Assembly (NCBI RefSeq): GCF_009914755.1
Contig: NC_060931.1
Strand: one strand, 5' to 3'
Length of the DNA: 64,000 bases
Origin: the human T2T-CHM13v2.0 reference genome, Homo sapiens
Shown here: in pieces, positions 1 to 15,228 of the stretch
Layout of the letters: the number at the start of each line of letters is the position of its first letter
Numbering within the stretch: the first letter of the stretch is position 1
Notes under the pieces: generated by a model
The model's input: only the letters and a program-made list of their open reading frames with translations
Told to the model about the DNA's origin: nothing
Database searches by the model: none
Program-made: the position numbers and the translations under genes

Positions 1-1599
1 CCCTCCCAAGCAGTGGCAGGCTAAGTCACCAGAATATTGGTTAAAGATGCATGTCAGTTCATATTTTACCTACATTTCCTACTAACTTAGAGGAATAAGT
101 TGGTTGCCAAGAGCATGCTGGCACGTAGCTCCCAGCCAACACGATCCTCATTAGAGCTGTGAGAACATGAAAAAACTTCACTCTTTTTTTTCCCCCAATA
201 AGCTCTCCAAACGTTTTACCTCCTGCTTTACAATAGAGAGGGATCCTTTATTCTCCAGTCAGCATCAAGCAGCATCCAATTTAAATAATAAGATATTTCC
301 AAGATATGGGTACTACGCCTTTGCTTGTATCTGCCTTGGAAGGTGCCATGATACCAGGAATAACAACAGCTTTTAAAATCTTTCCTGGAAAACTTTCACA
401 CCTGAGGCCTGAGCATATAAACTCGCATTAAGTAAAAAGATAGCACTCTCTGAACCAAAACTTCAAGAATGGGTAAGATTGACTCTTTAAATTAACCAAA
501 TCCTATAGAGTTCATCTTGGGTATCAGTACTGGGGATAAATGAGAGCATAAGATTGGTTAGGATAGGCATTATGGGGGTTACATGGTCCCTCTGTAAGTT
601 TATAGCCAAGAGAAAGTGCTTTAGAAGTTCAGGGAAGGACCTGCTACTGGATCTGGAAGACTTGGAGAAAATACTTTGTAAAGGAAGCAGAAGATGAGAG
701 GTCACTGAAGGAGGAACAGGCTTGGGCATCTCCAGTTGAGAACAATAGTGTAAAGAGAAGGGTATTGGTGCCGTATTTATAACAGCTGCTGAAGATACAA
801 ACTCTGGACTAGCTCAGTCGACTGACAGATGACCACCTCTCCCTGTTCAGGGATCATCAGTAGACCTGTTGAGTTGAGAAGTCAATTCCTATGAGAGAAG
901 GGAGGTCCAGTTGGCAAGATACTTTGGGTCCCAGCCAGACCATAGAGGCTCAGGAATGCCAGCCTAAGGAAATGGTCATTATCTTTTAGGCAATAGTGAG
1001 TCACTGGAGGATTAGGAGTAGGGAGGGACACGATGAAATCAGTTTTTTTGGAAGATAAATCTGGCAGTGATGCACAAGAAGCACATATCAACTAATAGTA
1101 ATAAGAAAAAAACTTACTAAGCTAGGAATATTACAGTTCCACTCTAGGCAGTGTTAAACAATGATTAAACGATGAACCCTGTTCATTTCTGCTGATGGCT
1201 GCTGAACATTGATCCTGAGAGCTGCTCGCCATGAAAAGAATGAAATGAATGCTGTGAACCAAGGACCCAATTATTATTCAGGTAGGCCCTAAAATCTGTA
1301 AGTGTTAGTGGCCAAAGAGTGTTTCTGAAGTGTTTCAGAGATCTTCAAGTGCATTCATTCATTCATTTAGATCAAACCTACTATGTGCTGGGTTCCATGA
1401 TAGTCCCGGGGTAGGGTGGGGCGGGCATAAAGAACAATACAATGTATTCTATCTTCTCAAGAAATTTATATTTGCTATAGATTTTTAAAAATACAGAACA
1501 TAGGAAGGTTCAGAAGCCCAGAATTTACAGCATATATAGCACTATTGTATGCAAACCCTCCTACCTCGGGGGATTTACCTACCTGCTGGAACTCATTCA

Positions 1600-2089
<490 letters not shown>

Positions 2090-2549
2090 TTAGAAATCTT
2101 CCAGAAGTGTGAAGTGTTCATTGAGGACTCAAAATATCCCTAACCACCATGACTACCACTGGTGCTCTCCAAAGCGGCCCTCTCCTCAAGCACCATATTG
2201 GTTATTAGTGTCAGCCACAATGGTGTACTCTGAACTGGGCACATGCTTTAACTAATGTTCAGAGACACTTATTGGAAATTGACAACAGCAGGTTTTGAGA
2301 GAGAGAGAGAGGCAGAGAGAGATCAACTGGCTATTTTTGCAGGGTGTTTAAATTGCTGGTTACAATTTGTTGGATGATTGATTGGTTCAGGCGCTCACAT
2401 TTCAAAGATTGTATAGTCAACTGTTAATAAGTAAATTTTGAGAATCTGCAACATATTGTTTATAGGTACCAAGTTAAACACAGTTACTGCCCATCATGTT
2501 GCATTATTGCCAGTTTTCAGTTACTCACCCTAATTTTTTTAGCGTACTG

Positions 2550-2790
2550 TTACATAGTATTTCCCCTGAGCCAAGCACTGTTCTAAATGCTTTGTAAATA
2601 GTAACACAGTAAATTCTCGCAACCGTCGTATATGAGACATCTGCTAATACCATTCTTATTTTACAGAGGAGGAAACTGAAGCACAGAAAGAGTAAATGGT
2701 TTACCCAAAGTCACACAGTTAGTAAGTAGCAGAGCTGACATTTAAACCGAGCAGCCACACTCCTAGAGTTCATGCCTTTAACTACTATGC
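2550..2790 (-). mobile_element. MIR
   Basis: Core ATTTTACAGAGGAGGAAACTGAAGCACAGA...CCCAAAGTCACACAG. Confidence 0.8.
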
Positions 2791-2847
2791 CACTATAACA
2801 ATGGGCAGCAACATGAGGAAAGAAACCTATATAGAAGTAATAGTATG

Positions 2848-3418
<571 letters not shown>

Positions 3419-3420
3419 TA

Positions 3421-3577
3421 GTCCCAGTAGCAGTAGTATTACAGCAATGGTAGTGCTATTGTAACAGTAGTCGTTTTGTAGCAGTAGTGTGGGCGCAGCA
3501 GCAGCAGCAGTGCAGAACACAGTAAGAGTGGTGGTAGTATTGTAGTCATATTGTCATGGTACAGCAGTAGAAGCAGC
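3421..3577. repeat. Degenerate (GTA/GCA)n low-complexity tract, also at 3160-3183, interrupted by the MITE
   Basis: GTAGCAGTAGTA..., GCAGCAGCAGCAGCA. Confidence 0.7.
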
Positions 3578-6500
3578 CATCATTGTCTCTGTTGGCCTGG
3601 TTGTTGTACTCTCCTTTCAGACATGAAGATATCGAGGCTCAGGTAGACCTACTAACGAGTCAATGGCAGGACAGGATTTGTGCTCACAGGTATCTGAGTC
3701 CTTTCCTGCCTCTCAGGATGTTCACATAAGAAGAAAATGGCTGTTCTGTAGCCTGCAGAAATTCCTGCTCAGCGGCTTGGCCGTGGTTTGGCAATGCTAC
3801 CATACACTGTGGCACTTGAAAGGTTTGTTGTCACTGTTGTTGTTGTTATCCTTGGCTGAGTCTATGTCATGTTCAAGCCACCGATTTGTTGGAAGTGTGA
3901 GGGCTGGTATGTGAATAGAGGGAGGTCCGGTGGGGAAAGTCAGTCAAATTAGTTGTGACTGAACTAGCTTGTCAATTCAGTGAGACAGATCAAACCATAG
4001 CCCCATGTAGACACCACCAGGGTTTGCACTACCAGTCAGTAGGTCACTGAGTCATGCCCCTGTGAAATCCCCCAGCCACTTAGAGCAGTAAAGATTGATT
4101 AAACATGTTTATATGCAATTTGAAAATGGTTCTTTCAGGAAACGTGTGGTTCTTTAAAGTCACTTTAACATGAGAGATTTTACTTTAGTTTATTTATATG
4201 CTAGCCAAAAAGAACCCAAAGTCGAGCACAAAGTCCCATGATGTATGGAGTCCTCTAGGAGAAATTGTCAGAGCTGGTTTATATATTTGTACTCTATCAA
4301 TATGGCCTTTCACAGTTCCTAATTAGTTTTGTTAGTTGACTTACAGAAAAGTGTATTTAAAGTGAGACGTCAGTAATTCCACTGAGGGAATAGCATTAAT
4401 GAAAAACACACAGTCAGGAGGCCAATGGAAGAGCAAATGGTTCAGTCCTGAGCACCCCTAATTTGTATGGGGGTGATTAACTCAACTGCTTCTCTTGTTA
4501 GGAAACACTTTGGTAGAAACCCCTGGAGATTATTCAGGCAATGGATACATGTGTTTGTGTGTGTATACAGGTACAGGCACGCAGACACATATTTTTTGTT
4601 CAAAAAACAAGTAAATAAAGATTAATTGAGCTTTTGGAATACCTACCTGGTGTACTTCTGATAACATATATGCCACAGAGATTGTACTGGAAACTCAGCT
4701 GAGTTTGAGCTAAGATATGTTAGATCATGTCAAGTAAAAAGGAAATAGCTCCAAAACAAAGAGAACAAGCAATAAAATATAAATTTACCCAATTTTGATG
4801 TTTACTTCTGCCAGCTATGTGAACTCTGAGTTTGGTTATTTATACTTACATGGGGCTTCTTAGAAAAATGTATTTGAAGAACGCTGTCTCAGAATTTCAA
4901 TAGCCAGAGCAGATGTGCAGTGTTCTTTGTGGGTTTTACAGTAGATATGTGCAGTCTACCAGAAATTATAGATGCACAATTAGATTTTTACAATGTACAC
5001 ATTCATGCAGATCAAACTATGTTCCTTAAATGAGGGCTTAGTTTTCTTTATTTCCTGCTGAGTTTACCAAGTGGAGCATTGGTTGCCAGCATTTCTAGCT
5101 AAGTAAGTTTGCTGCAAAACCATTCCCATTCATTTGTGCTCAGGCGAGGATGGAGGGTCACTTGCCTTTGTATAGAGAATGCAAAACAGGAAGGTCTCGT
5201 GTCATCACTCCAGCTTTTCTCTGCTGCCGCAGCTCTGGGCAGTGGGAACCGTTTGGAATTTACATACCACGCAACTTTTCAGAATGTGTGACATGCTCAG
5301 GTTTATGTTTGTCTGTGGTATGCCGTGGTTGTTTATTATGTGGAAGAAATGGAAAGCTTGCCAATTCACATCACTAATGTGAGTTTGACTAATGACATGG
5401 GCAGTAAATTAGAATTTAGCTTCTAACCACATACAAATAGGTCTCAGGCTGCTGGTTAATGCCATGATGTCAGTTCTGATGCCCCCTTCATTAGCTGATG
5501 TGCTTTTAAAGGTAGACGCCAAGAGAAAGAATTTGGTTTTGTTTTCCTAATGCACAAAACATGTTTTGAACAATAGAAATACTTCTCTATCAACAGTTTT
5601 CTGGCTTGTTGATTTCCCAACTCTGCTAATTATACCCTCTGAGTCTGTATTTCCAGGTCTTTATTAGAACACAACATTACCTACAGGAGAGTTGATTTCT
5701 AAATCAGATTGAGTTTCCCCACACACCTCTTTCCTCTCCCGGGAGACTCAATTGGGTATCTACATGTGGCAGCAAAACCAGACCAACCAAATTATTCTAC
5801 AGTTCTGATGCATCATGGCAGGTTAAGACAGTAGCCTAGCCAGTGGGGAAAGATGTTTACAAGGGCCCACTGATTATACCACCTTGAAGATCCCAGAGAA
5901 TGATTCAGACCTGCCAAAGTTTTTTCTTCAACCGATGCTGCCTCCGCATGTTTGTGTTCATCTGATGGGCAGTCTTACCATAACTCATGTAGGGCATATA
6001 TTATCATTTGTGGCTGTCTCTTTCTGAATCAGCATTTACCTTGTTAGTAGACTGTTTTGCCACACACAAAAACCTATTTATGAAGAAATATTTCCCTCCA
6101 AAATATAGCATTCTCTTATGAATATGTGCCCACTCAGGGCAGGTCTGTGTTTAGAGACAAGAAGGAGTAATAAAAGCATTGAATAAAAAAGAAGAAGAAA
6201 AAGAAAGTAGTAAAGCCTACCTATGACTGGCTTTCACAGTAATGTCTCTGTGAGCCTACAGTTATTTTCTTGGCACAGCAGCAAATACAAATGAAATTGT
6301 TGCGGAATCTAAGAGAGAAATTTCATTAGGTGTAATAATAGTGCTTTTCATTTTCAAAGCACTTTGAAAATGCTAACTAATTAATCTTCCATAATATTTC
6401 CAAGTAGTAGGAGCATATATTCTTCTACTTGCACAAAGCGTAGCACATATAGGAGGCTCATGTTACAGGAAAACCCTTAGAGACTTTGCCTACATGCGCT

Positions 6501-7181
6501 TCCTCCGGCTATCCACACATTTAAACCAAAATGAATATCGTCAGGTAGAGAACTGACAAAGCACACAACAGTATATGATTGACAGGGTTAGAAAGTGAGA
6601 CAAAGAAAAGGAATTCAAATATCCAGAAATTGTAAATAAATGAGCATATGCCCAATGATCCCAAGTTTAAGGGGAGAGTCAAGGTGGAAAGAAATATATT
6701 TTTGTATGTAGTTGACCCTAGATGGGGTTCCACAGCTGCTGCTCACCAGCGATGGACCCTTGGGTAAGATATTAACTGCTCTGGACTTCACTTTCCTCAA
6801 CTGTAAATTGCGGGTGTCGGAGTGAAGGTCTCAAGATCCTTCTTGTTCTGAAATTCACAGGTTTCTGCTCAGGGCAAATGGCAAGTCAATAGACAAGGCT
6901 TCATTCCTGAGATGGGTCTCAGGGGAATGTTTTCTGAGGGGGCAACTTTTTAGCTACAGAGCAGGAACATGGCATAAATCCCCAACCAGTACATTTATCC
7001 AATTAGATTTAAACTCAAGCCTCAATTAAAGATTTCTCTTTCACGGCATCGTACCAATATCAGAAATGCAAATACTGTATGGGGCTTTTTTGGCTGGAGC
7101 AAGTCATATAGCTAACATTTTGTGACTGGGAGAGAGTCCAGATTCTTTCCTATGTGTAATCACTTTAAATGATGTGAGGGA

Positions 7182-7208
7182 TGTGTGTGTGTGTGTGTGT
7201 GTGTGTGT
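7182..7208. repeat. (TG)n microsatellite
   Basis: Seen directly. Confidence 0.95.
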
Positions 7209-9252
7209 ATCATTTGTTTTATGGAAATATTTGTGTGTGGAGGGGTCAAAGGTGATAATTCAGGAAAATAAGCCAATTATATATGCCAAGACTTGAGAAG
7301 ATTTCAGTGATTCCTTAAATATTTAAATCATTTTTAAAACTAGTGTGATCCTGCTTGCTTTGGGAAGCAGAATAATTTTTAGAAATGAGTTCGCAACATA
7401 AAGATAAAGTAGTGTGAAACATGTGAATCTCAATGTAAATAACTGGTTGGGGATAAAACTGATCTCATTCTGAAACTTCCAGCAGAAGAAAGTTTGTAAT
7501 GAGGAGAAAGGCAAACTTACCAGCTAAGTCATTTAAATGAAAGCTTTATATATTTTCCCAGATATTCATGCAGCGTTACAATGGCACAACCCATATTTGT
7601 GTATTTGTTTTTTAAACTTAAGGTTACCACATCTGGCATAAACTATTATTTTGGTTGTCAATTTGGGTCGATGAACTTCAAACCCCACATTTCAAAGTAA
7701 ATCTGAAGATAAAATAAACATTTTACAGAAAGAAATTTTGTATGGTTAGAATTTTAAATATTTAGATGTCAGAATGATGTGCTCACATTTTCAGGTTACA
7801 TTACTTTTAAAGGAATTTTCAATATATTGTGCTTGGTGGTTTGGATTTTCCAGCAACCCTTTATTTTGTAACTTTATTATTTGCTGCTGCTAATGTTGAC
7901 AAGGACTTAAAATTGTACGTGCAGCATTAGATGCAAATATCCTGCTACAACACAACTAATTCTATGAAATTTAGAGCAAAATAATGCTGTGATAAAATTT
8001 GAGTGACCATTTGATAATTGTTTGTATTTCTCTATCACCATGCATGAGAACCTTCTGTGCTTTAAACCTTCCCTTCTACCCAACACAAAAGAAAACAAAA
8101 CAAAAATCCAATAAACCTAAGTGGATTGATCTTTCCCTAAGCAAAATAGTCATCTGTCCTAAACTTAAACTCTTGGCTATGGTTTTTTTTTTTTCTTTTT
8201 CTTTTTTTTGAGGCTGTCAGATGACCTCGATACAATATGAAACTGAGAGAAAGTGCATTTCTTTTCATTCATTTATTTCTTCACACATCTTCAATGCTCC
8301 ATTTTGTTTAATAGCTGAAACACATAACAAATCCATTAAAGACTCTTGGCTCTAATCATTGTTTAGAATAAATACAGTGTCCCAAAAGATCTTATTTATA
8401 AAAGTATTCCACTTAAGATGTGGGCCTTGTTTCTTACCTCCACAGCATTTACCCAGACAAGACACAGATTTTCAGGAGCTTTACCAAAAAATTGGGAATT
8501 GTAACAGAAAGAGGCCTAACCTTGCTTAAAGTATAACTTGTGCATCTTGTTGGTTCCAGGGCATCTTGAGGGTGATCAGATCAGAATTTCCCTTGTCTTT
8601 CCTGTGAGTTTCTCCTGATTTTCTATTCCACTCTTTCTTTAATATAAAAACATGCAAAGAAGAAAATCATCTCAAATAAGAAAAGCACTTAGATGTGCCT
8701 CTGCATCCTTAGTAGCTACTAATAGGTATTCAAATTGTGACGTGTATATACATTATACACAAGTGCCTGTTTCTTTTTAGGACTGCCATACCTTCTATTT
8801 CAAAGAGAGTCCTCCTTTCTTTCTGTAAGTTGCTTTTAAAGACAGTCCACTATTTCTTAGGAGCTTGGGGAGAAAATTTGAGTCTTTAGGAATATAAAAG
8901 CCTTGGGCTTGTTGCTTTAATACTGTCAAGCAACTTGTGAAGGTCCCCATGCAGTTAAATACTTTACCCTAAACCTTCAATTAATTATCCTACCACACTT
9001 TAGCCTTTAAAAGCGAGTCTTGCTACAACATATAACGTTTCCTCTGTGCCTTGCCACTTTATAGCACAGACCTGAACATAAGAAGGGCCCTTGAATATAT
9101 TTTCAGTGGGTTCTCAGTACTCCTGTAAATTATCCTGCCCTTATTCTGAGGTTTTGGTGATTTATAACAGATATTTTTCCATTAGCAAAGTTTCCTTACT
9201 TTTTGTTCTTATTCATGAGATTTGAAAGCATGATGTAATCGCTGTGGGGATA

Positions 9253-9562
9253 TTATTATTATTATTATTTTTTTTTTTTGAGACAGGGTCTTGCTCTGTC
9301 ACCAAGGCTGGAGTACATGGCATGATCATACTCACTGCAGCCTCAAAACCCTGGACTTGAATGATTCTCCCACCTCAGCCTCTCAAGTAGCTAGGACTAC
9401 AGGTGTGCACCACCATGCCCAGCTAATTATTTTTGTATTTTTTGTAGAGAGAGGGTCTCACTATGTTGCCCAGGCTAGTCTCAAACTCCTGGCCTCAAGC
9501 AATCCTCATGTTTTGGTCTCCTAAAGCACCAGGATTACAGGTGTGAGCCACCATGCCTGGCC
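9253..9562 (-). mobile_element. AluJ
   Basis: Antisense dimer with (ATT)n/T tail and J-type GAGACAGGGTCTTGCTCT and CTCACTGCAGCCTC. TSD GGATATTAT. Confidence 0.9.
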
Positions 9563-11708
9563 TAAGGATATTATATATTGTCAGTAGTATAGAAATTACA
9601 TTCATGGTGCTGGAAGAAGTTTTCTTCAAGGACTACTCAGTAGATACAAAAATTATTTTTTACTGACCTGAATACACCCCTAGGTTCTTTAATGTTCTCT
9701 TATTATTTTTTTTAAATTTCAAGCAAAATATAAATGATATAACATTAACATTACAACAAGTTATACAGTTTTACACATAAGCCAGAGCTGAAATGCAGGA
9801 AAGGCCCTAATTCTCCTGTAAAAAAAAAAAACTGACCCAAAAGTTTACACTTTTAATTTACCATTAGCCATTTGGGTTTTGGATGGCAAACACAACACTT
9901 TGCCAAGCTATAAAATTCATAATGTTTAAGAGAAGGATCAAAACTAAAACCGGAGAGTTTATTTGCACAAATATTTGCTTGGTGCAAATATTCGTGTTGG
10001 ATGGTCTTAGACTATTTGATTTCGGTGGGTTGAAAGAAAGTCTGAGCTATAATTTGGGTTCTATTTTCATATTAGGCTTTCCCACTTTTCAAAACTCTTT
10101 GCAAATATTGATTTGTAAAGCTACTATCTCCCTATGAGAAATAAATGCTCCTCTCCATGGATTGACTATCAGATTTTTTAAAACTTGGGTCAGTTTTATA
10201 TGTTTTCATAGGTAATTGAGGATTTAATTCTTTTCACTAGAGTCTACATATAAATGTCGATGACAATTCCTGTTTACATGGTTTAAAGAATTTATTTCTG
10301 AGAATAATGAGATTTAGAAGGGTCACTTTCACTTTGTTACCGTCTCATAAATTATCTTTAGTAACTTCAGTGTCTTAGGTGACCACAGTTTTGCCGCCTT
10401 TCATAGTCTCTCATAGATGTAGGTATGCAGCCTCAAACTCCGAAATTCATACTCCAATTCTCTGCTTATGCAGCCATGAAACATCTAGAATATGGATCAC
10501 CAAAATGATGACAAAGATGAGCTGATTATCTCACTGTATTTATGTTACTGACATTTTTATTCTTTTGAATTACAAAATATCTAAAAGGGTCCCAAAGCAG
10601 ACTTTTCTTATAAATGTGTGTTTACCTTTCATCTATTGTGATCATACGTGTCATGATAGAAACTATGTATGGATTTGAGGTGATGGTGGATATATTCACA
10701 TGGCTCACAGTCTGGTGTGGTATGATTTTCTTGAACACAATCTAGACCTTGGTGCAAGGTCAGAAACATAAGAGTCTGTACTTCCTAAGTGTTTTACCCT
10801 TGTACAAATCCAGCACTTTAAAATGTGAAAATATTTATTCAATATTATTTATCAACATTCCATTCCAACAAACATGAATGTGTATTAGGTGTGTAGTGAA
10901 ATATTTAGTTGTTGTTCTTTCTTCGTTTGGTATTCCTCTCTCAAGTGGAGCAAATGCCACAAAACCACATTTGCCTTATTCGTAGCTTTGTGTGTACATG
11001 TATGTTTTCTGTCTCCCATGGAGCCATGATATAGGTAGACAGGAAGGGAGAAAGGGGGAAAAAAACTGAAGGAGAGGGCTAGCACCAGCAATAAAAAAAG
11101 ACGAAAATATTTGGTAGAGATACGAATGGCTGCAGAGAAGAAATCTCTTCTTTGCCTGTTGGTATTTACAGCAGAGGTTTCTCAGATGTTACACCAGATC
11201 TCAAGACCAGCAGTATTTACGGTGGGCACACTGTAATGTGCCCTTAGACAGAAAATGATAACAGATAAAGTATGTTTCCAAATATGGGCCCCCACCATGC
11301 CTCGAGCCTGCTCTCTACCCATTGGTGGCAGAGAACTGCAGCTATTGCCCGTGTGCAGGACAGTTCGAGAATTAATATCAAGTTGTCACTGACTCTAATC
11401 TCAGACATTTTCTTTGGGTGGTGCGGCAGGGAAAAGCAAGGGCTTTGAAATCAGACTAGTGTGTTTAATACCTTAGGCAAGTTACTTAGATCTCTTGGAG
11501 CTACATTTTTTCAGAGTGTAAAACAGAAGTCCTAATACACATCAACTAAAAAAAAAAATGAGATAATATTTGTATGTTCCTTAGCACATCCCTAGGGCAT
11601 AATGAGAACTCATTACATATAATTCATTAGTTTAGCCACTATGCTTATTTTCTTTGTTATGCACCATCTCTTTAAAGTTACTTTAAAGATAAATGAGAAA
11701 TAAAAAAC

Positions 11709-11817
11709 AGTCTGTCATCTTTCCCTTCTGAAGGAAGGGAAGAAGGTCCCTTCCCTGCACAAGCACCCCCTACTCTGGAACAAGCTCCCTCAAACTCTGC
11801 CTCCCCGCCCCAACTCC
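11709..11817. repeat. Inverted copy of 13584-13691 (about 12 differences in 109 nt)
   Basis: Manual reverse-complement alignment. Confidence 0.92.
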
Positions 11818-11914
11818 ACTAGCCGTGAGCCCTTGGGTGTAAACTCAGTCCTCTGTCACACTAAAGAAAACACATTTATTTGAGGTCTGAATGATAAAGC
11901 ATTAACATGCAAAG
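11816..11914. repeat. Direct copy of 14467-14565 (9 substitutions in 99 nt)
   Basis: Manual alignment. Confidence 0.92.
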
Positions 11915-14719
11915 TCTGTTGAAAAGATGACAAGGTTATGCTTCGTTTCCCAGAATTTTAGTTAAATTTCTCAACTGGTTCTCAGCAAGGGATTTAAACA
12001 GATCTCTCAAATGCCTTGTAATTGTTGTCCAGCTTACCCTGGAATGTGCAGGAAAAGTTGAATGTGTCAGTGCATGGCAAACATTGGAGCACCCACGGGC
12101 TGGAATGTCGACCCAGATTGAAGACTGCCCTTCAGGCTGTGGCTGCTTGGTTGTTGAAATGGAAACCAGAATGGCCCTTGTGGGTAACTAAGCCCTAAAT
12201 AGTGAGGAGGAAGACTCCCTCAGGTGTCCAGCTCAGCCACATTGGTAAACTTTCCTGACTTTCTGATCCCATCACCCACTAGTATCCACGGGAAAAGGCA
12301 GGGATGATCGTGTGTCTTCATCAAAGAGAGGTTCTATGTGCAAGATAACTCTTGGGGACAGGGTGATATCACACTTCAAACCTCTCTGAAGTATGGAGTA
12401 AGGACAGGTCATCTGCACTCCAGTTCAAACACAGAATTGGACGCTAAACATTATTTCTATACTGATGTCAAGTTCTGCTTCTTTTGTTTGAGTCTTTGTT
12501 TTAACAAAGAGTAATACACACTTGGTTTTAAACTGCATACTAGGGGAAAAATCCTAGAAGGAGAATTGCCCAAGATCTTGTGTTTTGTCTTCATGTCATG
12601 ACTTAATTTTTACAAAATCAAAATGACTTCATTCACAATTTATGTACCCAAGTAACTTAGCCCATTTTAAAATTCTTGCTGCCCTGTTCCATGTATGCAT
12701 TTATTTTTGTTTTTTATTTTCATTGTAATTATGTGTACCAGACTGGGCTACAGGCAGTGTGACACTGACAAATTGGAAAGCATATCGAACATAGAGAGAA
12801 AGAGAATGGAAATTCTAAGATGGGTTAGCCAGCCTCTCTTGAGTTGATATATTCATGACATTATTTTCTTTGAGCTTTGCACTATCTTTTCAGGAATCTT
12901 CCTATTAGAAAATAACTTAACAAACCTGAGTTTATTTTGAACTTGGCAGTGGTTCTGATTAGAGATGTTGCAAAATAACCATTCAGCCCAACATGGCCCT
13001 AAAGACTCAGAGTTTCCAAGATGAATCAGGGCAGATATTGGCATACACTGAGGAGCATTTTTAACCTTTAACATGGAGTGGGAATGGGGAGAGAAGCGAC
13101 ACACTGCAAATCGGCACACACCCTTTCTACCATCCTCAATTTTATTTCTGTGGCTTTTTCCACATAAAAGAAAGTCATTTTCACAATTACTAAGTTGCAT
13201 CGCATCTGTATCCATCCAGCCCAAGCTTCCAAGCTCCCAACTGGGGAACAAAAGCAGCTCATTTTGCCTAATGCCTCTTCAACCTAAAAGTAGTTTCTAA
13301 ACATCGGTCCTTCCCATGATCCATCTAGAATTTAATCTCTGCACAAGGGATTTTTGCATCCATTCAGTTCTTACAAATATGATAAAGTTTAATTTCCATT
13401 ATGAAAAGACAAAGATAAAATTTAAAGAAAGAACAGTCTTTAAAGTATTTGAAAATTGGTCTAAGATCCCCATAAGGATAGGAACTAATTCTATCATTTA
13501 TAAAATCTAAGGATTTTGCATATTTTAGCCCTATTTGGCTAAAAATGCAGAATTAAGTCTGAGTTGGATGTGCCTTGTAGACAGGAGTTGGGGTGGGGAG
13601 GCAGAGTCTGAGGGGCATGTTCCAGAGTAGGGGGTGAATGTGCAGGGAAGGGACCTTCTTCTGTTTCCTCAGAAGGGAAAGAAGACAGGCTAGTGAAGAA
13701 AAAGACTCTTGTGGAAAGTAAGAGGGTTTGCAGATGGATACCATTTAAGGAGGGGACAGTGGCAATTGGAGGCACTTACACCCAATGCTTTCATCTGCTC
13801 ATGAATGTGGAAGTGAGATGAAGTTCTTGGGGGAATAGTTTTCTTTCTCAAATGGGTAAAGAATCTGAAAACCATGTCACAAAAAAAAGGATGATGGAAC
13901 CCCAATATCTAATCTGAGATGAAATAATTATCCTCATATATTTGAAAATCTGCAGTGTGAGAAGGGAGTTAGAGTTTCAGGAAAACAGATCTTACCTTGA
14001 GGTGGAAGAAGTTGCTTTATAGTCAGGGAACTTTTCCTGTCTGAATTAGAGGATAAAATGGCAACCTTTTGAAGGTACTGTGTGTGTGTGTTTGAGGGAA
14101 GAAGAATTCTTGCATAGGTTCTCTTCCAGTTCTGCTTCTGTGGATGAGGTTTTAAGCACTCACTTCCTGACAAGTGTCAAGAAGGTCTTACAAACACTGA
14201 AATTTGGTCATGAGTCCAATCTAGTCCCACCATTGATGATGCCACTTGAGAAATTCCTCCCACTCAAATGAGTTAACAGTGTTGGCCATCTTCCCAGAAG
14301 GAGGTAGTTTCATCTAGTTGATTAGATCTGAGTTGAGCTGCTTGCATTTAGGATAGCTTTCCTTCAGCCTCAGCCTCTCCTCAGGCAGCCCCTCGGGCAA
14401 AGCAAGACCTTTCTCATTCTTCCAGACCATTCAGAAAACTCTGTTATATAAATGAGTGAGCATTGACCACTAGCTGTGAGTCCTTGAGTGTAAACTCATT
14501 CCTCTGGTACACTAAAGGAAACACATTTATTTGGGGTCTGAATGATAAAGCATTAACAGGCAAAGAGTTGGGAAGATAGTAAAAGAACAACATTTTTTCT
14601 TTTTCTTTTATTAAAACTCAACTGGATAAATTAGCTATGCTTTGACCAGGCCTGAAACTATAGCTCATTCAGTGGATATCTTGTTTGCTTATGAACCTCT
14701 AGTGCTTGTAAAAAACGTG

Positions 14720-14960
14720 TCCTAGACTAGTGTTCTGTGGCACTACAAGGTGACTATAATAAACAACAATTTATTGCAGATTTTCAAATAGGTACAGCAG
14801 CAGATTTTGAATGTTAACACAAAGAAATGAATGTTTGATAGATGAGAGATATGCGAATTATCCTGATTTGATCATTACACATTGTATACATATATTGACA
14901 TGTTACATATACCCATAAATACGTATAATTATGTACCAAATAAATACTAATAAAATAAAA
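14720..14960 (+). mobile_element. L1MA-type 3' UTR fragment
   Basis: CCTGATTTGATCATTACACATTGTATACAT...CCCATAAAT followed by an A-rich tail. Confidence 0.8.
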
Positions 14961-15228
14961 TTAGTAAATATAAATTAATTTAATGAAGAATAATTTTTTA
15001 AAAAACAGAATATGTCGTAGGGCCCCAAGGTGTATGTCTTGTTGATGCTTTGAAATAGTTGAGTTAACTGTACCTTCCGGTGGATAGAATAAGGCTTGGA
15101 GTTAACTCCTTATTAAAGAGAATCATCAGGGAAGTCTCCTTGGGTACCTGACTGAAATGTAATTTTTTGTCCTTATAGGGCAGTTAGAGTATGACCATGG
15201 CTAAAATGAAGACAGCCATTTTTTATTT

